From assembly GCA_037190965.1 (NCBI GenBank), contig JBBCKI010000019.1:32001-96000 (forward strand): 64,000 nucleotides of DNA, in the 5' to 3' direction. Source of the stretch: Chthoniobacteraceae bacterium (GTDB taxonomy: Bacteria; Verrucomicrobiota; Verrucomicrobiia; Chthoniobacterales; Chthoniobacteraceae). The translations under genes were made by a program, and so were the position numbers. Under the pieces are notes generated by a model that saw nothing but the letters and a program-made list of their open reading frames with translations, made no database searches and was not told the origin of the DNA. Within the stretch, counting starts at the first letter, position 1, and the number at the start of each line of letters is the position of its first letter. Positions 52,093 through 61,414 of this stretch are shown piece after piece.

Positions 52093-53613
52093 TCAATCCA
52101 GTGAGGGAAGCTCGTAGACTTCCAGCCCGGGGTGGAGGTAGATGACAGTGCTGCGGGGGCGTTTCCAGAGCGGTTGGTTGCCGTCCTGAAGCTCGCGGTA
52201 AAGCCGGATGGCCTTGCGGTGCGTCTCCTCCGCGCCGGGTTGCGGGCGCAGGCTTTTGAGCTGGTAGCGGCCGTAGGCGCTCTCGGAGAGGACGATGTGG
52301 GTGACGCCCTCTGCGCGCAGGGCGTCGGCATCGGCAAACGACTCGATGTTCCGGCCGATGATCTCGGCGGTGACGGGCGGCTGATACGCGTTGAACTTCC
52401 GGCGTTTCGGGGTGGGGAGCATGACCTTTCGGTCGACGGCCAGTTTGGCGTTGGGGAGTTCCGTGTTAAGCCACGCCGTCAGGTCGGTAAGGTCGTCTTT
52501 CCGGAAAGCTCGGTAATATTTTACAAGATCGGGCAATTGCACCAGCGCGAGCCCCACGATCAGGGCCGTCGCCGGAAGCTGCAAGGGCCATTGTTTTCGC
52601 AGGTAGTAGACGCCAAGCGCCGCCCCGCAGAGGAAAAGGGCGGTGGCGGGGAGGAAGTAGCGGTCGTTGGTTTTCGGCGAAAAAGAAAGAATCGCCAGAA
52701 AGACGATCGGGAAGAGCGTCAGCGTCCATTCGACGGCGGAGAGCTTCCTGCGCCGTTTCCAGCAGGTGATGTAATACCAGAGAAGCGGGACCCAGAGGAA
52801 GAAGATGACATTCTGCTGGAAGGCCGTGAGATAGACGTCGTGAGGGACGGAGCGCGTCGTTCCGCGCTGGCCTTCGATCACCATTTTCATCTCCCGATCG
52901 AGCCCGGCTTCGAAACCGGCCAGATTGGAGACGATGGGCCAGTTGATGAGTGCAAAGGCGAAGGCGAGCGTTCCGCCGAACGCGGCAAGGACTTTGCCTC
53001 GTTGTCCTTTTTCCACGGCGAAGGGGATCAGCACCAGGGAGAGGAGCGGGGCGAAAGCGCCCAGGTATTTCCCCGAAACGGAAAGCGCCGCCCCGATGCC
53101 GAGGAGCGCGGCGGTTCCAATGGAGGGCCGTTTCCAGTAAAGAGTGAGCGTGAAAAACCAGGCGCTGATGCCGAAGAGCAGGGAGGTGTCTTCCTTGAAA
53201 TAGTGCGCCAATTCGAAGAGCTGGTGATTGGTAAGCAGCAGCACTCCGGCGGCCAGCGCGGCGAAAGGTCCGGCGATCAGCCAGAGCATCAGCGAGAGCA
53301 GGACGACGGCTCCCGCGCAAAAAGCCGCCGAGACGAAACGCCCCGTTTCAACGACGTGCTGCCCGTTCTCCAGTTCGCCCGGCGTGCTGCTTGCCGCCGT
53401 CACGGCGCGCACCGTGGAGAGCATGAGCATCGGGTGATGGTAGTTCCACTCGGCGGTTTGGATCTGTTCCGCCTTTCCCGGTTCGTCGGGGTGATAGTAG
53501 AACGGGAACCGGTTCTCCCGCGTGAACAGAAAGAGCGCGGCGGCGAAGAGCGTCACCGCAAAGAGCCAGGTTTCAACTCGAACTCGGAAACATCTCATGA
53601 GGTTGGGCCGCAA
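52093..53613 (-). CDS. GT-C (family 39-like) membrane glycosyltransferase
   Basis: YHPDEP, HHP, AHYFKED, SGKY, DRYFLP; multi-TM; exact start uncertain. Confidence 0.75.
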   Translation of the reverse strand: MRPNLMRCFRVRVETWLFAVTLFAAALFLFTRENRFPFYYHPDEPGKAEQIQTAEWNYHHPMLMLSTVRAVTAASSTPGELENGQHVVETGRFVSAAFCAGAVVLLSLMLWLIAGPFAALAAGVLLLTNHQLFELAHYFKEDTSLLFGISAWFFTLTLYWKRPSIGTAALLGIGAALSVSGKYLGAFAPLLSLVLIPFAVEKGQRGKVLAAFGGTLAFAFALINWPIVSNLAGFEAGLDREMKMVIEGQRGTTRSVPHDVYLTAFQQNVIFFLWVPLLWYYITCWKRRRKLSAVEWTLTLFPIVFLAILSFSPKTNDRYFLPATALFLCGAALGVYYLRKQWPLQLPATALIVGLALVQLPDLVKYYRAFRKDDLTDLTAWLNTELPNAKLAVDRKVMLPTPKRRKFNAYQPPVTAEIIGRNIESFADADALRAEGVTHIVLSESAYGRYQLKSLRPQPGAEETHRKAIRLYRELQDGNQPLWKRPRSTVIYLHPGLEVYELPSLD

Positions 53614-53650
53614 GGCTCATTTGCGTTCTTCACCCCGCCAGGGAAGGTGG

Positions 53651-53724
53651 TGGCTACCCGGCATAGATTCGAACTATGACTAAGGGCTCCAAAGACCCCT
53701 GTGCTACCTTTACACCACCGGGTA
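53651..53724 (-). tRNA. tRNA-Gln (anticodon TTG), CCA encoded
   Basis: minus strand TACCCGG...GGGGT-CTTTGGA-GCCCT...CATAG-TTCGAAT-CTATG-CCGGGTA-G-CCA cloverleaf. Confidence 0.95.
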
Positions 53725-53771
53725 AAAACCCACGGAAATTCCGTGGGAGGCAAATGGATAATGGGTTCGGC

Positions 53772-55316
53772 TCAGGATTGCAAGCGGCGGAGAAGATTTT
53801 TTCCGGTCATTTCCGCAGGAACCTCCAAACCGAGCAGCCCCAGGAGCGTGGGAGCCACGTCGGCGAGGATTCCGTCCTGCACCTGCACCTTGTCAGCGTC
53901 GTCGCCCGCGTAGATGACGTGCACGAGGTTGGTGGTGTGCGCCGTGTTGGGGGAGCCATCCGCGTTGCGCATCTGCTCGCAGTTCCCGTGGTCGGCGGTG
54001 ATCAGGAGCTTGCCGCCCAGCTTGAGGGTCGCCTCGGTCACTTGTTGCACGGCTTTGTCGATGGTTTCCACCGCCTTGATGCCCGCCTCCACGACGCCGG
54101 TGTGGCCGACCATGTCGGGGTTGGCGAAGTTGAGGATGACGAGATCATACTTGGGCAGGAGTTCCTGAACGGCTGCCGAGACCTGCGCCGCGCTCATCTC
54201 CGGCTGGAGATCGTAGGTGGCCACCTTTGGCGAGGGGATGATCTCCCGGTCTTCGCCGGGGTGGGGGGCTTCGACGCCGCCGTTGAAGAAGTAGGTGACG
54301 TGCGGGTACTTTTCCGTTTCCGCGATCCGGAGTTGCTTGAGCCCCGCGCGGCTGACGACTTCGCCCAAAAGGTTGTTCATCGACTCCGGGCTGAACACCG
54401 CCGGGACGCCGTAGGTTTTGTCATATTCGGTGAGCGTCACGTAGCTCACCTTGGGGGTGACCTCGCGGTCGAAGCCATCGAAATCCGGACGCAGGAACGC
54501 TTCCGAGAGCTGGCGGGCGCGGTCGGCACGGAAGTTGAAGAAGAGCACCACGTCGCCCGTGCGCACACGCTGTTCGTTGGGGTGCGAGAAGATGAGCGGG
54601 GGCATGAACTCGTCGGTCACGCCGTCGCCGTAGCGGTCGCCCAGGGTTTCCGAGGGGGAAAGCGGGGAGAACGTTCCCCGGCCCAGCACGATGGCGTCCC
54701 AGGCGAGTTTGGTGCGGTCCCAGCGGTGGTCGCGGTCCATGGCGAAGTACCGACCGACGACGGTGGCGATCTGCGCACCGCTCGGCTTCAATCCCTGTTC
54801 CACGTGTTTGAGAGAGGCCGCGCCCCCGGTCGGAGAGCAGTCGCGCCCGTCGGTGATCGCATGCACCATGATGTCGTTCACCCCGGCTTCGTGCGCTGTG
54901 TTGGCGAGGGCGATCAAATGTTCCTGGTGGCTGTGCACGCCGCCGTCGGAAACGAGCCCCAGAAAATGGAGCCTCGCTCCCGGCTTGCGGGCTTTTGAAA
55001 ATGCTTCTTTGAGCACCGGGTTGTCGTGCAGCTTTCCTTCCGCCACGGCTTTGTTGATCCGGGTGAGATCTTGATAGACGATCCGTCCCGCGCCGAGGTT
55101 GAGGTGCCCGACTTCGGAGTTGCCCATCTGCCCGGCGGGGAGCCCGACATCCAGGCCGCTCGCGCTAAGGGTCGCGCCCGGGTAGCGGGCGTAAAGCTGA
55201 TCGTGAAAAGGGGTTTTCGCGAGGAGCGTGGTGTTGCCGTCCGCTTCCGCGTGGACGCGGCCACGTGGATTGATTCCCCAACCGTCACGAATGATGAGCA
55301 CTACTGGTTTCGCCAT
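53772..55316 (-). CDS. gpmI: 2,3-bisphosphoglycerate-independent phosphoglycerate mutase
   Basis: QMGNSEVGH, SDGGVHSH, AETEKYPHVT, NPDMVGHTG, TADHGN. Confidence 0.98.
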   Translation of the reverse strand: MAKPVVLIIRDGWGINPRGRVHAEADGNTTLLAKTPFHDQLYARYPGATLSASGLDVGLPAGQMGNSEVGHLNLGAGRIVYQDLTRINKAVAEGKLHDNPVLKEAFSKARKPGARLHFLGLVSDGGVHSHQEHLIALANTAHEAGVNDIMVHAITDGRDCSPTGGAASLKHVEQGLKPSGAQIATVVGRYFAMDRDHRWDRTKLAWDAIVLGRGTFSPLSPSETLGDRYGDGVTDEFMPPLIFSHPNEQRVRTGDVVLFFNFRADRARQLSEAFLRPDFDGFDREVTPKVSYVTLTEYDKTYGVPAVFSPESMNNLLGEVVSRAGLKQLRIAETEKYPHVTYFFNGGVEAPHPGEDREIIPSPKVATYDLQPEMSAAQVSAAVQELLPKYDLVILNFANPDMVGHTGVVEAGIKAVETIDKAVQQVTEATLKLGGKLLITADHGNCEQMRNADGSPNTAHTTNLVHVIYAGDDADKVQVQDGILADVAPTLLGLLGLEVPAEMTGKNLLRRLQS

Positions 55317-55403
55317 AAAAAATTTGAAATGCCGGGAGATCATTCATGGCGACAGGCCGATTTGCAACCGGCGATTGCGGGGAAACGCCCTGATTTTGCA
55401 GCC

Positions 55404-56210
55404 TCAATGGCCCGCGAGCCGCGCCTGGAGAAGCCTGAACTCATGCTCCGCCAGCACCCACCATGCGTACTGGAGGAATTTGAAGATCGGGTATGGCGGG
55501 CAGACCGTCCGGCAGGCTCCGGCTCGGATGGCATCGAAGATCGCCTCCGCCGAGGCGTCGTCTCCATTGTGCTCCGCCTTTACCAGGGTGTAATGACGGC
55601 CGAAGTAGTCGAGCCGGTGGGCGTCGGAGGTTGCCAGAAGCGGTTTGTTGAAGCGATGGGCAATGCGGAGCGCGGCCCGGTTCGGATTCAGGAGCCGGGT
55701 GTGAAAGTGACTCAGTTCGATGGCGTCGAAAAGGTCGATATGCTCGATGAGCCGCCGGTTCCCGATGGAGCCGCCCATAAGATAAAAGGGGTGAGGGGCG
55801 AAGATCAGAACGGAGCCGCCCCGCCGTCGCCGCAACGCCTCCAGATCGCGAAGGTGCCGCAGTTCCCTCGCTTCCTCTTCGCAAAGGTTGACGATCACCA
55901 CGTCGGCTCCGTCGAGACGCATCTCCGCGGCGGGAATGAGCAGGATGCCGAGTTGGCGCGCCGTCTCGAAGACTTCCGGTTTGGTCAGCACGTGATCGTG
56001 GAGCGTGATGGCCAGCGCCTCGAAGCCAAGGGCGTGGGCGCGGTGCAGGAGATCGATCGCGGAGTGTTCCAGCTCATCAAGCGGATCCTCGCTGGCGTGG
56101 AGATGGAAATCGATCTTCAGCCACGGCTCCGGCTCCCCGGAGGCTTCGGTATCATCCGGGGAGGTAGGGACTTCCGAAGATGGAAGGGGCGGGTTTCCTG
56201 CTTGGGGCAT
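55404..56210 (-). CDS. PHP domain metal-dependent phosphoesterase
   Basis: DFHLH, AITLHD, PAAE, APHPF, ATSDAH. Confidence 0.88.
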   Translation of the reverse strand: MPQAGNPPLPSSEVPTSPDDTEASGEPEPWLKIDFHLHASEDPLDELEHSAIDLLHRAHALGFEALAITLHDHVLTKPEVFETARQLGILLIPAAEMRLDGADVVIVNLCEEEARELRHLRDLEALRRRRGGSVLIFAPHPFYLMGGSIGNRRLIEHIDLFDAIELSHFHTRLLNPNRAALRIAHRFNKPLLATSDAHRLDYFGRHYTLVKAEHNGDDASAEAIFDAIRAGACRTVCPPYPIFKFLQYAWWVLAEHEFRLLQARLAGH

Positions 56211-56308
56211 GGCGGTAGTTTCAGCCGGAAAAAGAAATTCTCAAGTTTTGAAAAAAGTCGCTTGCGCCCCTGAAAACCCGTGGTAGAACTAACGGCCCAT
56301 CGCACAAG

Positions 56309-56389
56309 GCTCGGGTGGTGAAATGGCAGACACGTACGTTTGAGGGGCGTATGCCGCAAGGCATGGGGGTTCAAGTCCCCCCCCGAGCA
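56309..56389 (+). tRNA. tRNA-Leu (anticodon GAG), CCA not encoded
   Basis: GCTCGGG...TACGT-TTGAGGG-GCGTA, long variable arm TGCCGCAAGGCA, GGGGG-TTCAAGT-CCCCC-CCCGAGC-A. Confidence 0.95.
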
Positions 56390-56550
56390 CTTCTTCTAAA
56401 ATCTTGAAACTCCAATCGGGGTTTTACTGCAAGGGACCAATCTTACGGTCAGCTTCGGCTTCAGTTCCGATGGTTGCATGCTGTTCATCCAATCCGTAAT
56501 TTGTGGCGGGGGCCATGACGGGGGCGATGAAGGCTAAATCCTACCCTTGC

Positions 56551-57207
56551 ATGGAACCACTATTGCCGAAAGCGAAGGACGACCTTGCTGCAAGCAAGGT
56601 ATTGATTGTCGATGATCAAGCCGCGATCTCCGGACTGTTGCGCCTGCTGATGCGCGACTGGCCCGGGTTTGAGGTGGTGGGTGAGTGCGCTTCGGCGGAA
56701 GATGCGCTCTGTTTCTGTAGGCAGGAATCGCCAGACCTGATCATCATGGATGCGGCGGTGAACGGACTGCAGCCTTCCCAGTTTGTCCAAGCCGTTAAAA
56801 CGATCTCTCCGTCGATCCGACTGCTGGTTTTCTCGCGCTGGGATCATCCTGATTTCGCCCGCACCTTCACGGTGGCGGGCGTTCACGGGTTTATCTTCAA
56901 GCGGGACGCCCTGGAGATTCTTCAGGGGGCGGTCTGCACGGTTGTTTCCGGCGGAACGTACTTCTCGCCCCTCATCGAAGAAGCGCAGCGCACGCTCAAG
57001 CCAGGGAGACACCCTTTGACGGAACGGGAGATTGCCGCGCTACGCCTGATTGCGGAGGGGCATTCCACCAAGGAGATGGCTTCGGCGCTCGATATCAGCG
57101 TCAAGACGGCGGAGAAATATCGGGAGCGGATCATGCGGAAGCTCGATCTCCATGACGCCGTGCAACTGACCCATTTTGCGATCAGGCGGGGCATCGTTGC
57201 TCCGTAA
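56551..57207 (+). CDS. NarL/LuxR family response regulator (no kinase in the window)
   Basis: VLIVDD, DLIIMD, LTERE...GHSTKEMA...ISVKT HTH; start uncertain (56503-56551). Confidence 0.9.
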   Translation: MEPLLPKAKDDLAASKVLIVDDQAAISGLLRLLMRDWPGFEVVGECASAEDALCFCRQESPDLIIMDAAVNGLQPSQFVQAVKTISPSIRLLVFSRWDHPDFARTFTVAGVHGFIFKRDALEILQGAVCTVVSGGTYFSPLIEEAQRTLKPGRHPLTEREIAALRLIAEGHSTKEMASALDISVKTAEKYRERIMRKLDLHDAVQLTHFAIRRGIVAP

Positions 57208-57261
57208 TCTCTTCACGTCTCGCGGACGTGCCCCGTTAAGGAGGTGGGCGAAACGCCGGGT

Positions 57262-57289
57262 TTGACACTGGGCGTAGGTCCGGTAACCT
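57262..57289 (+). promoter_or_regulatory. putative sigma70 promoter of the phoH operon
   Basis: TTGACA-N16-TAACCT, 12 nt before the ATG. Confidence 0.6.
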
Positions 57290-57301
57290 CCTTTACCGAC
57301 C

Positions 57302-58282
57302 ATGCCGGAAAGTCAGACCTTGCAGTTTGAGAATGCCAGGGCGCTTCAATCCCTCTATGCGGGAGATTTGAAGCTGCTCAAAACCCTCGAAGAGGCGCTT
57401 TCCGTGCGCGTCACGACGCGGGAGGGATGGGTGCGTCTTGAAGGAGAAACGGAGAATATCGAACGCGCCAAACGGGTTTTCGAGCAATTGGAACGGGCCC
57501 GCCAGGGGGGGATGCCGATCCGGCGGCACGAGTTCAATTACGCGCTTATGTCCGTCATCGAGCCCAACGGAAGCGGCGAACTCCGTGAGTTGCTCGACAC
57601 AAAGCTGGTGACCTCGCCTCGCCGCTCGCCCATCGTCCCGAAAACGGCGACCCAGCGGGCCTACGTGCAGGCGATTCAGGAGCACGACCTCGTTTTTGGC
57701 CTCGGCCCCGCCGGGACCGGAAAGACCTACCTCGCCATGGCGATGGCGCTGGTCGCGCTCAGGAAGGAGCAGGTCAACCGGATCATCCTGACCCGTCCCG
57801 CCGTGGAAGCCGGGGAGGCGCTTGGCTTTTTGCCGGGAGATCTCAAGGAGAAGATCGCCCCGTATCTGCGCCCGCTTTACGACGCTCTCCAGGACATGCT
57901 GGAGGACGATGAGCGGGAGCGTTACGTGGAGCGGAACATTATCGAGATCGCTCCGCTGGCCTACATGCGCGGGCGTACCCTCAACCACGCTTTCATCATT
58001 CTCGACGAAGCCCAGAACACAACCACCGAACAGATGCTGATGTTCCTGACGCGTCTTGGGGTCGACTCCAAATGCGTCATCACGGGTGACACCACCCAGA
58101 TCGACCTCCCCAGCAACAAGCGTTCGGGGTTGATCGAGGGGGTTCAGGCGCTCAAGGACGTGAAGGGGATCGCCTTCACGACGTTTGAAGAGCGCGACGT
58201 GGTCCGGCACGAACTGGTCCGTCAGATCGTAAGGGCCTATAAACGCCATCGGTCGGGAGACGTCGCTCCCCGCCAGGACTAA
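57302..58282 (+). CDS. phoH: PhoH family ATPase (YbeZ-type)
   Basis: GPAGTGKTYLA, LTRPAVEAGE, GFLPGD, MRGRTL, LDEAQN, VVRH. Confidence 0.95.
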   Translation: MPESQTLQFENARALQSLYAGDLKLLKTLEEALSVRVTTREGWVRLEGETENIERAKRVFEQLERARQGGMPIRRHEFNYALMSVIEPNGSGELRELLDTKLVTSPRRSPIVPKTATQRAYVQAIQEHDLVFGLGPAGTGKTYLAMAMALVALRKEQVNRIILTRPAVEAGEALGFLPGDLKEKIAPYLRPLYDALQDMLEDDERERYVERNIIEIAPLAYMRGRTLNHAFIILDEAQNTTTEQMLMFLTRLGVDSKCVITGDTTQIDLPSNKRSGLIEGVQALKDVKGIAFTTFEERDVVRHELVRQIVRAYKRHRSGDVAPRQD

Positions 58283-58300
58283 GGGTTTTGAATTCTTGTC

Positions 58301-59893
58301 ATGTTTGAATTTTTCGAACGTCAACGTCTTGTTAAGAAGGGGCTAGCCTCCCAGAAATCCCGCCGCCGCCGAGCCAGCAGCGAGATGCTTCAAAGCGTGG
58401 AGGGGTCTTTCGGCCTGAAGATGCTGATTTTTATCGCCTTTGTTGCCGGCCTGGCGGCCCTGATTTATACCAGCGCCGAGCCGCGCCGCACCGAGGCTTT
58501 TTTCACGAGCCTGCTGATTTTCCTCACGGCGGTCGCCCAGCTTTGGATTAATCATCCCGAGACTTACGCCCGCAATTCCCGACTGGTGCTGGTGCTGGGG
58601 GTCTGCTTGACGCATCTTGCTGTCATCAAGGGGATTTTGCTTCTCTCCTTGAACGGAACCATCGATCGGAGCCTGGGGCCGCTTCTAATCCCCTTCGCCT
58701 TCGCCCCGCTGGTGCTCTCGGTACTTCTGGGGAAAAATCACGGTATTTTCGCGGCGATTTTCGTCAGTCTTTGGGGCTCTATCGTGGTGCGCGGCATCAA
58801 TCCGGCGGTTTTCATCGTCATCAGCCTGATCACCGGTTTTATCGCGGTTTTTGTAACTCTTCAGGTACGGCAGCGGAGCCGTTTGATTCGCGCGGGGGTG
58901 TTTGTCGGCCTTGCAACCTGGGTGCTCGCCATCATGTTCGGCCTGATCGGGCCGATCGTGATCGAGAACATCAACTGGAAAGTCCTTGTGCTCCAGAGCG
59001 TTGCCACCATCGGCAGCGGAGTGATCACCGCCATTCTTGTCAGCGGAGCGCTCCCGATCCTGGAGAGCCTCTTCCGGATCACCACCGATATTTCCTGGCT
59101 GGAAGCCGCCGACCTCAACCACCCGCTGCTTAAGCGGATGACCATCGAGGCTCCGGGGACCTATCATCATAGCCTTGTGGTGGCCAATCTTGCCGAGGCC
59201 GCCGCGGAAGCCGTCGGCGCCAACGCCACGATGGCCCGCGTCTGCTCGTACTTTCATGATATCGGCAAGCTGGTGAAGCCGGAGTATTTCACCGAGAACA
59301 TGGCGGAGCGCAACCCGCACAACGATCTTGCCCCGACGATGAGCGCGCTGATCATCATCGCGCATGTGAAGGAGGGGGTTGACCTCGGGCTCAAGTACAA
59401 ACTCAAGAAGCAGATCATTGACGTCATCCAGCAGCACCACGGCACCTCGCTGGTCTGGTATTTTTATCAGAGGGCGCTCCAGCAGCAGGAGGACGCACGG
59501 CAGGGCGGTAAGATCATGAACATTCGGGAGGAAGACATTCCCGAAGTTCGTGAAGAGAGCTTCCGCTACTCGGGGCCGCTGCCGCAGACTAAGGAATGCA
59601 CTATTATTTCCCTGGCTGATTGTGTGGAAAGCGCGTCGCGGAGCCTGGAGAAGGTGACCCCTCAGCGGGTGGACCAGATGATTCAGGATATTATCTCGGC
59701 CCGGATCGAAGGGGGACAGCTCGACGATTGCGATCTCACTCTCAAGGAACTCAAGATTATTGCCGCGACTTTCAAATCGACGCTGTTGAGCATGCTCCAC
59801 AGCCGGGTCGCCTATCCCAAGCAGAACGTCGAAGGGAAATCCTCGGACGGACAGGGAGACGGGAACGTGGCTTCGCCGGTTCCGGCGGCCTGA
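58301..59893 (+). CDS. 7TM-HD (HDIG) phosphohydrolase, PgpH-like
   Basis: multi-TM then EAPGTYHHS, YFHDIGK, IIIAHV, IQQHHGT, FRYSGPLP, LADCVE. Confidence 0.9.
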   Translation: MFEFFERQRLVKKGLASQKSRRRRASSEMLQSVEGSFGLKMLIFIAFVAGLAALIYTSAEPRRTEAFFTSLLIFLTAVAQLWINHPETYARNSRLVLVLGVCLTHLAVIKGILLLSLNGTIDRSLGPLLIPFAFAPLVLSVLLGKNHGIFAAIFVSLWGSIVVRGINPAVFIVISLITGFIAVFVTLQVRQRSRLIRAGVFVGLATWVLAIMFGLIGPIVIENINWKVLVLQSVATIGSGVITAILVSGALPILESLFRITTDISWLEAADLNHPLLKRMTIEAPGTYHHSLVVANLAEAAAEAVGANATMARVCSYFHDIGKLVKPEYFTENMAERNPHNDLAPTMSALIIIAHVKEGVDLGLKYKLKKQIIDVIQQHHGTSLVWYFYQRALQQQEDARQGGKIMNIREEDIPEVREESFRYSGPLPQTKECTIISLADCVESASRSLEKVTPQRVDQMIQDIISARIEGGQLDDCDLTLKELKIIAATFKSTLLSMLHSRVAYPKQNVEGKSSDGQGDGNVASPVPAA

Positions 59894-59935
59894 TCGCCGG
59901 GATTGAAGGAAACCCCCGCACGAACTTTTTAAGCG

Positions 59936-60388
59936 TTGGAAATCTCACTGCACAATCGCCAGCGAAAGGTCGCGATTCCCTTTCCCTGGCTCAAACGGTT
60001 TGCTCCTGTGGCTCTTGAGGAGTGCCTGAAGCACCCTCGGCACGGGAATGCCCCGCTGCCCACGCTGGGGGAGGTGGAAGTGACTTTTGTTTCCGATGCC
60101 ACCATCGCCCGGGTACACCGCGATTTCATGGAGATCCCCGGAGCCACCGATGTGATTACCTTCGACCACGGGGAGATCGTCATCAGCACCGAGACGGCCC
60201 GGGAAAACGCGAACCTTTATGGGCGGCCTCTTGAAGAAGAACTCGCGCGGTACATCGTGCACGGGTTACTGCACCTCAACGGATTTGAGGACAAAACCGA
60301 GGCTGAAGCCGCCGAAATGCACGAGCTTCAGGAAAAGATCCTCGCCGGTTGCCTCGCCACCCCTTTGATTTTGCCATCGCATGATTGA
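59936..60388 (+). CDS. ybeY: rRNA maturation endoribonuclease YbeY
   Basis: TDVITF, GEIVIS, HGLLHL.G; third His of the H3xH5xH motif appears replaced (NGFED). Confidence 0.88.
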   Translation: MEISLHNRQRKVAIPFPWLKRFAPVALEECLKHPRHGNAPLPTLGEVEVTFVSDATIARVHRDFMEIPGATDVITFDHGEIVISTETARENANLYGRPLEEELARYIVHGLLHLNGFEDKTEAEAAEMHELQEKILAGCLATPLILPSHD

Positions 60389-60656
60389 GACTGCTCCAGA
60401 AACTGAAGAAAAGGTCGCCCTCGACATCCCGTGGAACGTGGTCGTGCATAACGACCCGGTCAACCTGATGAGCTATGTCACCATGGTCTTCAAGCGGGTC
60501 TTCGGCTATTCAACCGACCGGGCCACCAAGCACATGCTGGAGGTACACCATCAGGGACGCTCAGTGGTTTGGACGGGGCCCCGGGAGCGGGCGGAGTTTT
60601 ACATCCAGCAGTTGCATTCGTACCTGCTCCTTGCGACCTTGGAGAAGGCGATCTAA
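60381..60656 (+). CDS. clpS: Clp protease adaptor ClpS
   Basis: WNVVVHNDPVNLMSYV, MLEVHHQG. Confidence 0.92.
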   Translation: MIETAPETEEKVALDIPWNVVVHNDPVNLMSYVTMVFKRVFGYSTDRATKHMLEVHHQGRSVVWTGPRERAEFYIQQLHSYLLLATLEKAI

Positions 60657-60705
60657 GGCCCTGAGACCCCGGGCCATCAGGACAGTTCTAAAAGGAGGAG
60701 TTTTT

Positions 60706-61182
60706 TTGCAGATCGAGCGCACCGAGGAAGGTTCATTTATTATCTCCGCATTGGAGCCGCCCCTGATTGGTCTGTTCATGGCCATCCCCGAGGCGGCGGA
60801 CCCGGGGGAGAATTCCGCCGCCAACAGACGGCTCTATCCGGAGCCATCCGCAGATCAGGAGATTCGGGAGGAGTGGCGTGAATACGTCGAGCCCGGCCTG
60901 CGGGAGTGGTTCGAGAGCGCGACCTCCACGGTGAAGGGCGATCTACAACAGTTGGAAGCGACGGAGACGCTTACCATCGACTTGGAGCACGTGGATGCCT
61001 GGTTGAGCGCCCTCAATCAAGCCCGGCTTGCGCTGGCCGCCCGTTTCGAAGTCACCGATGCCGACATGGAGCGCGCCGTTTCTCCAGTGCTACAGAACGA
61101 GCGCGAACTGGCGCTCTTCCAGATTCATTTTTACGGATTTGTGCAGGAATGCCTGATCCGGGGCATCGAAAGCGGGGATTGA
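60706..61182 (+). CDS. DUF2017-like protein
   Basis: AAGGAGG before TTG; RRLYP, DAWLSALNQARLAL, FYGFVQE; follows clpS. Confidence 0.7.
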   Translation: MQIERTEEGSFIISALEPPLIGLFMAIPEAADPGENSAANRRLYPEPSADQEIREEWREYVEPGLREWFESATSTVKGDLQQLEATETLTIDLEHVDAWLSALNQARLALAARFEVTDADMERAVSPVLQNERELALFQIHFYGFVQECLIRGIESGD

Positions 61183-61220
61183 TCGGCGAGGGTAGGGGCA
61201 TGACGGGTGCGGCAGCACCG

Positions 61221-61364
61221 GTGGTCCGCTCGCGCCGTCGAGCGCGGGTATCGGCTCCCGTGGTTCATGGGAGCCGCATCCCAATACCAGCAGCCTGTCC
61301 TGCGGGGATGGATGTTAAACGCGATTGATTAACCCATCCCGCGCTCTCGGCGAGAGCGGGCTAC
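61221..61364 (-). repeat. REPIN-like family 1, complete copy (reverse)
   Basis: reverse complement of the 106/51517 element, 144 bp. Confidence 0.85.
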
Positions 61365-61414
61365 CTTGCCTACCCTCGCATCTGGGTTACACGAGACGCT
61401 CGGTGAAGCGCTCT

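Noticed and set aside
53648..53653. CCACCA after tRNA-Gln as a degradation tag
   Set aside because: CCACCA marking is post-transcriptional; a genomic extra CCA is plausibly chance and the acceptor stem is fully paired.
56390..57207. Genomic island integrated at tRNA-Leu or tRNA-Gln
   Set aside because: No integrase and no duplicated tRNA 3' end were seen in the window.
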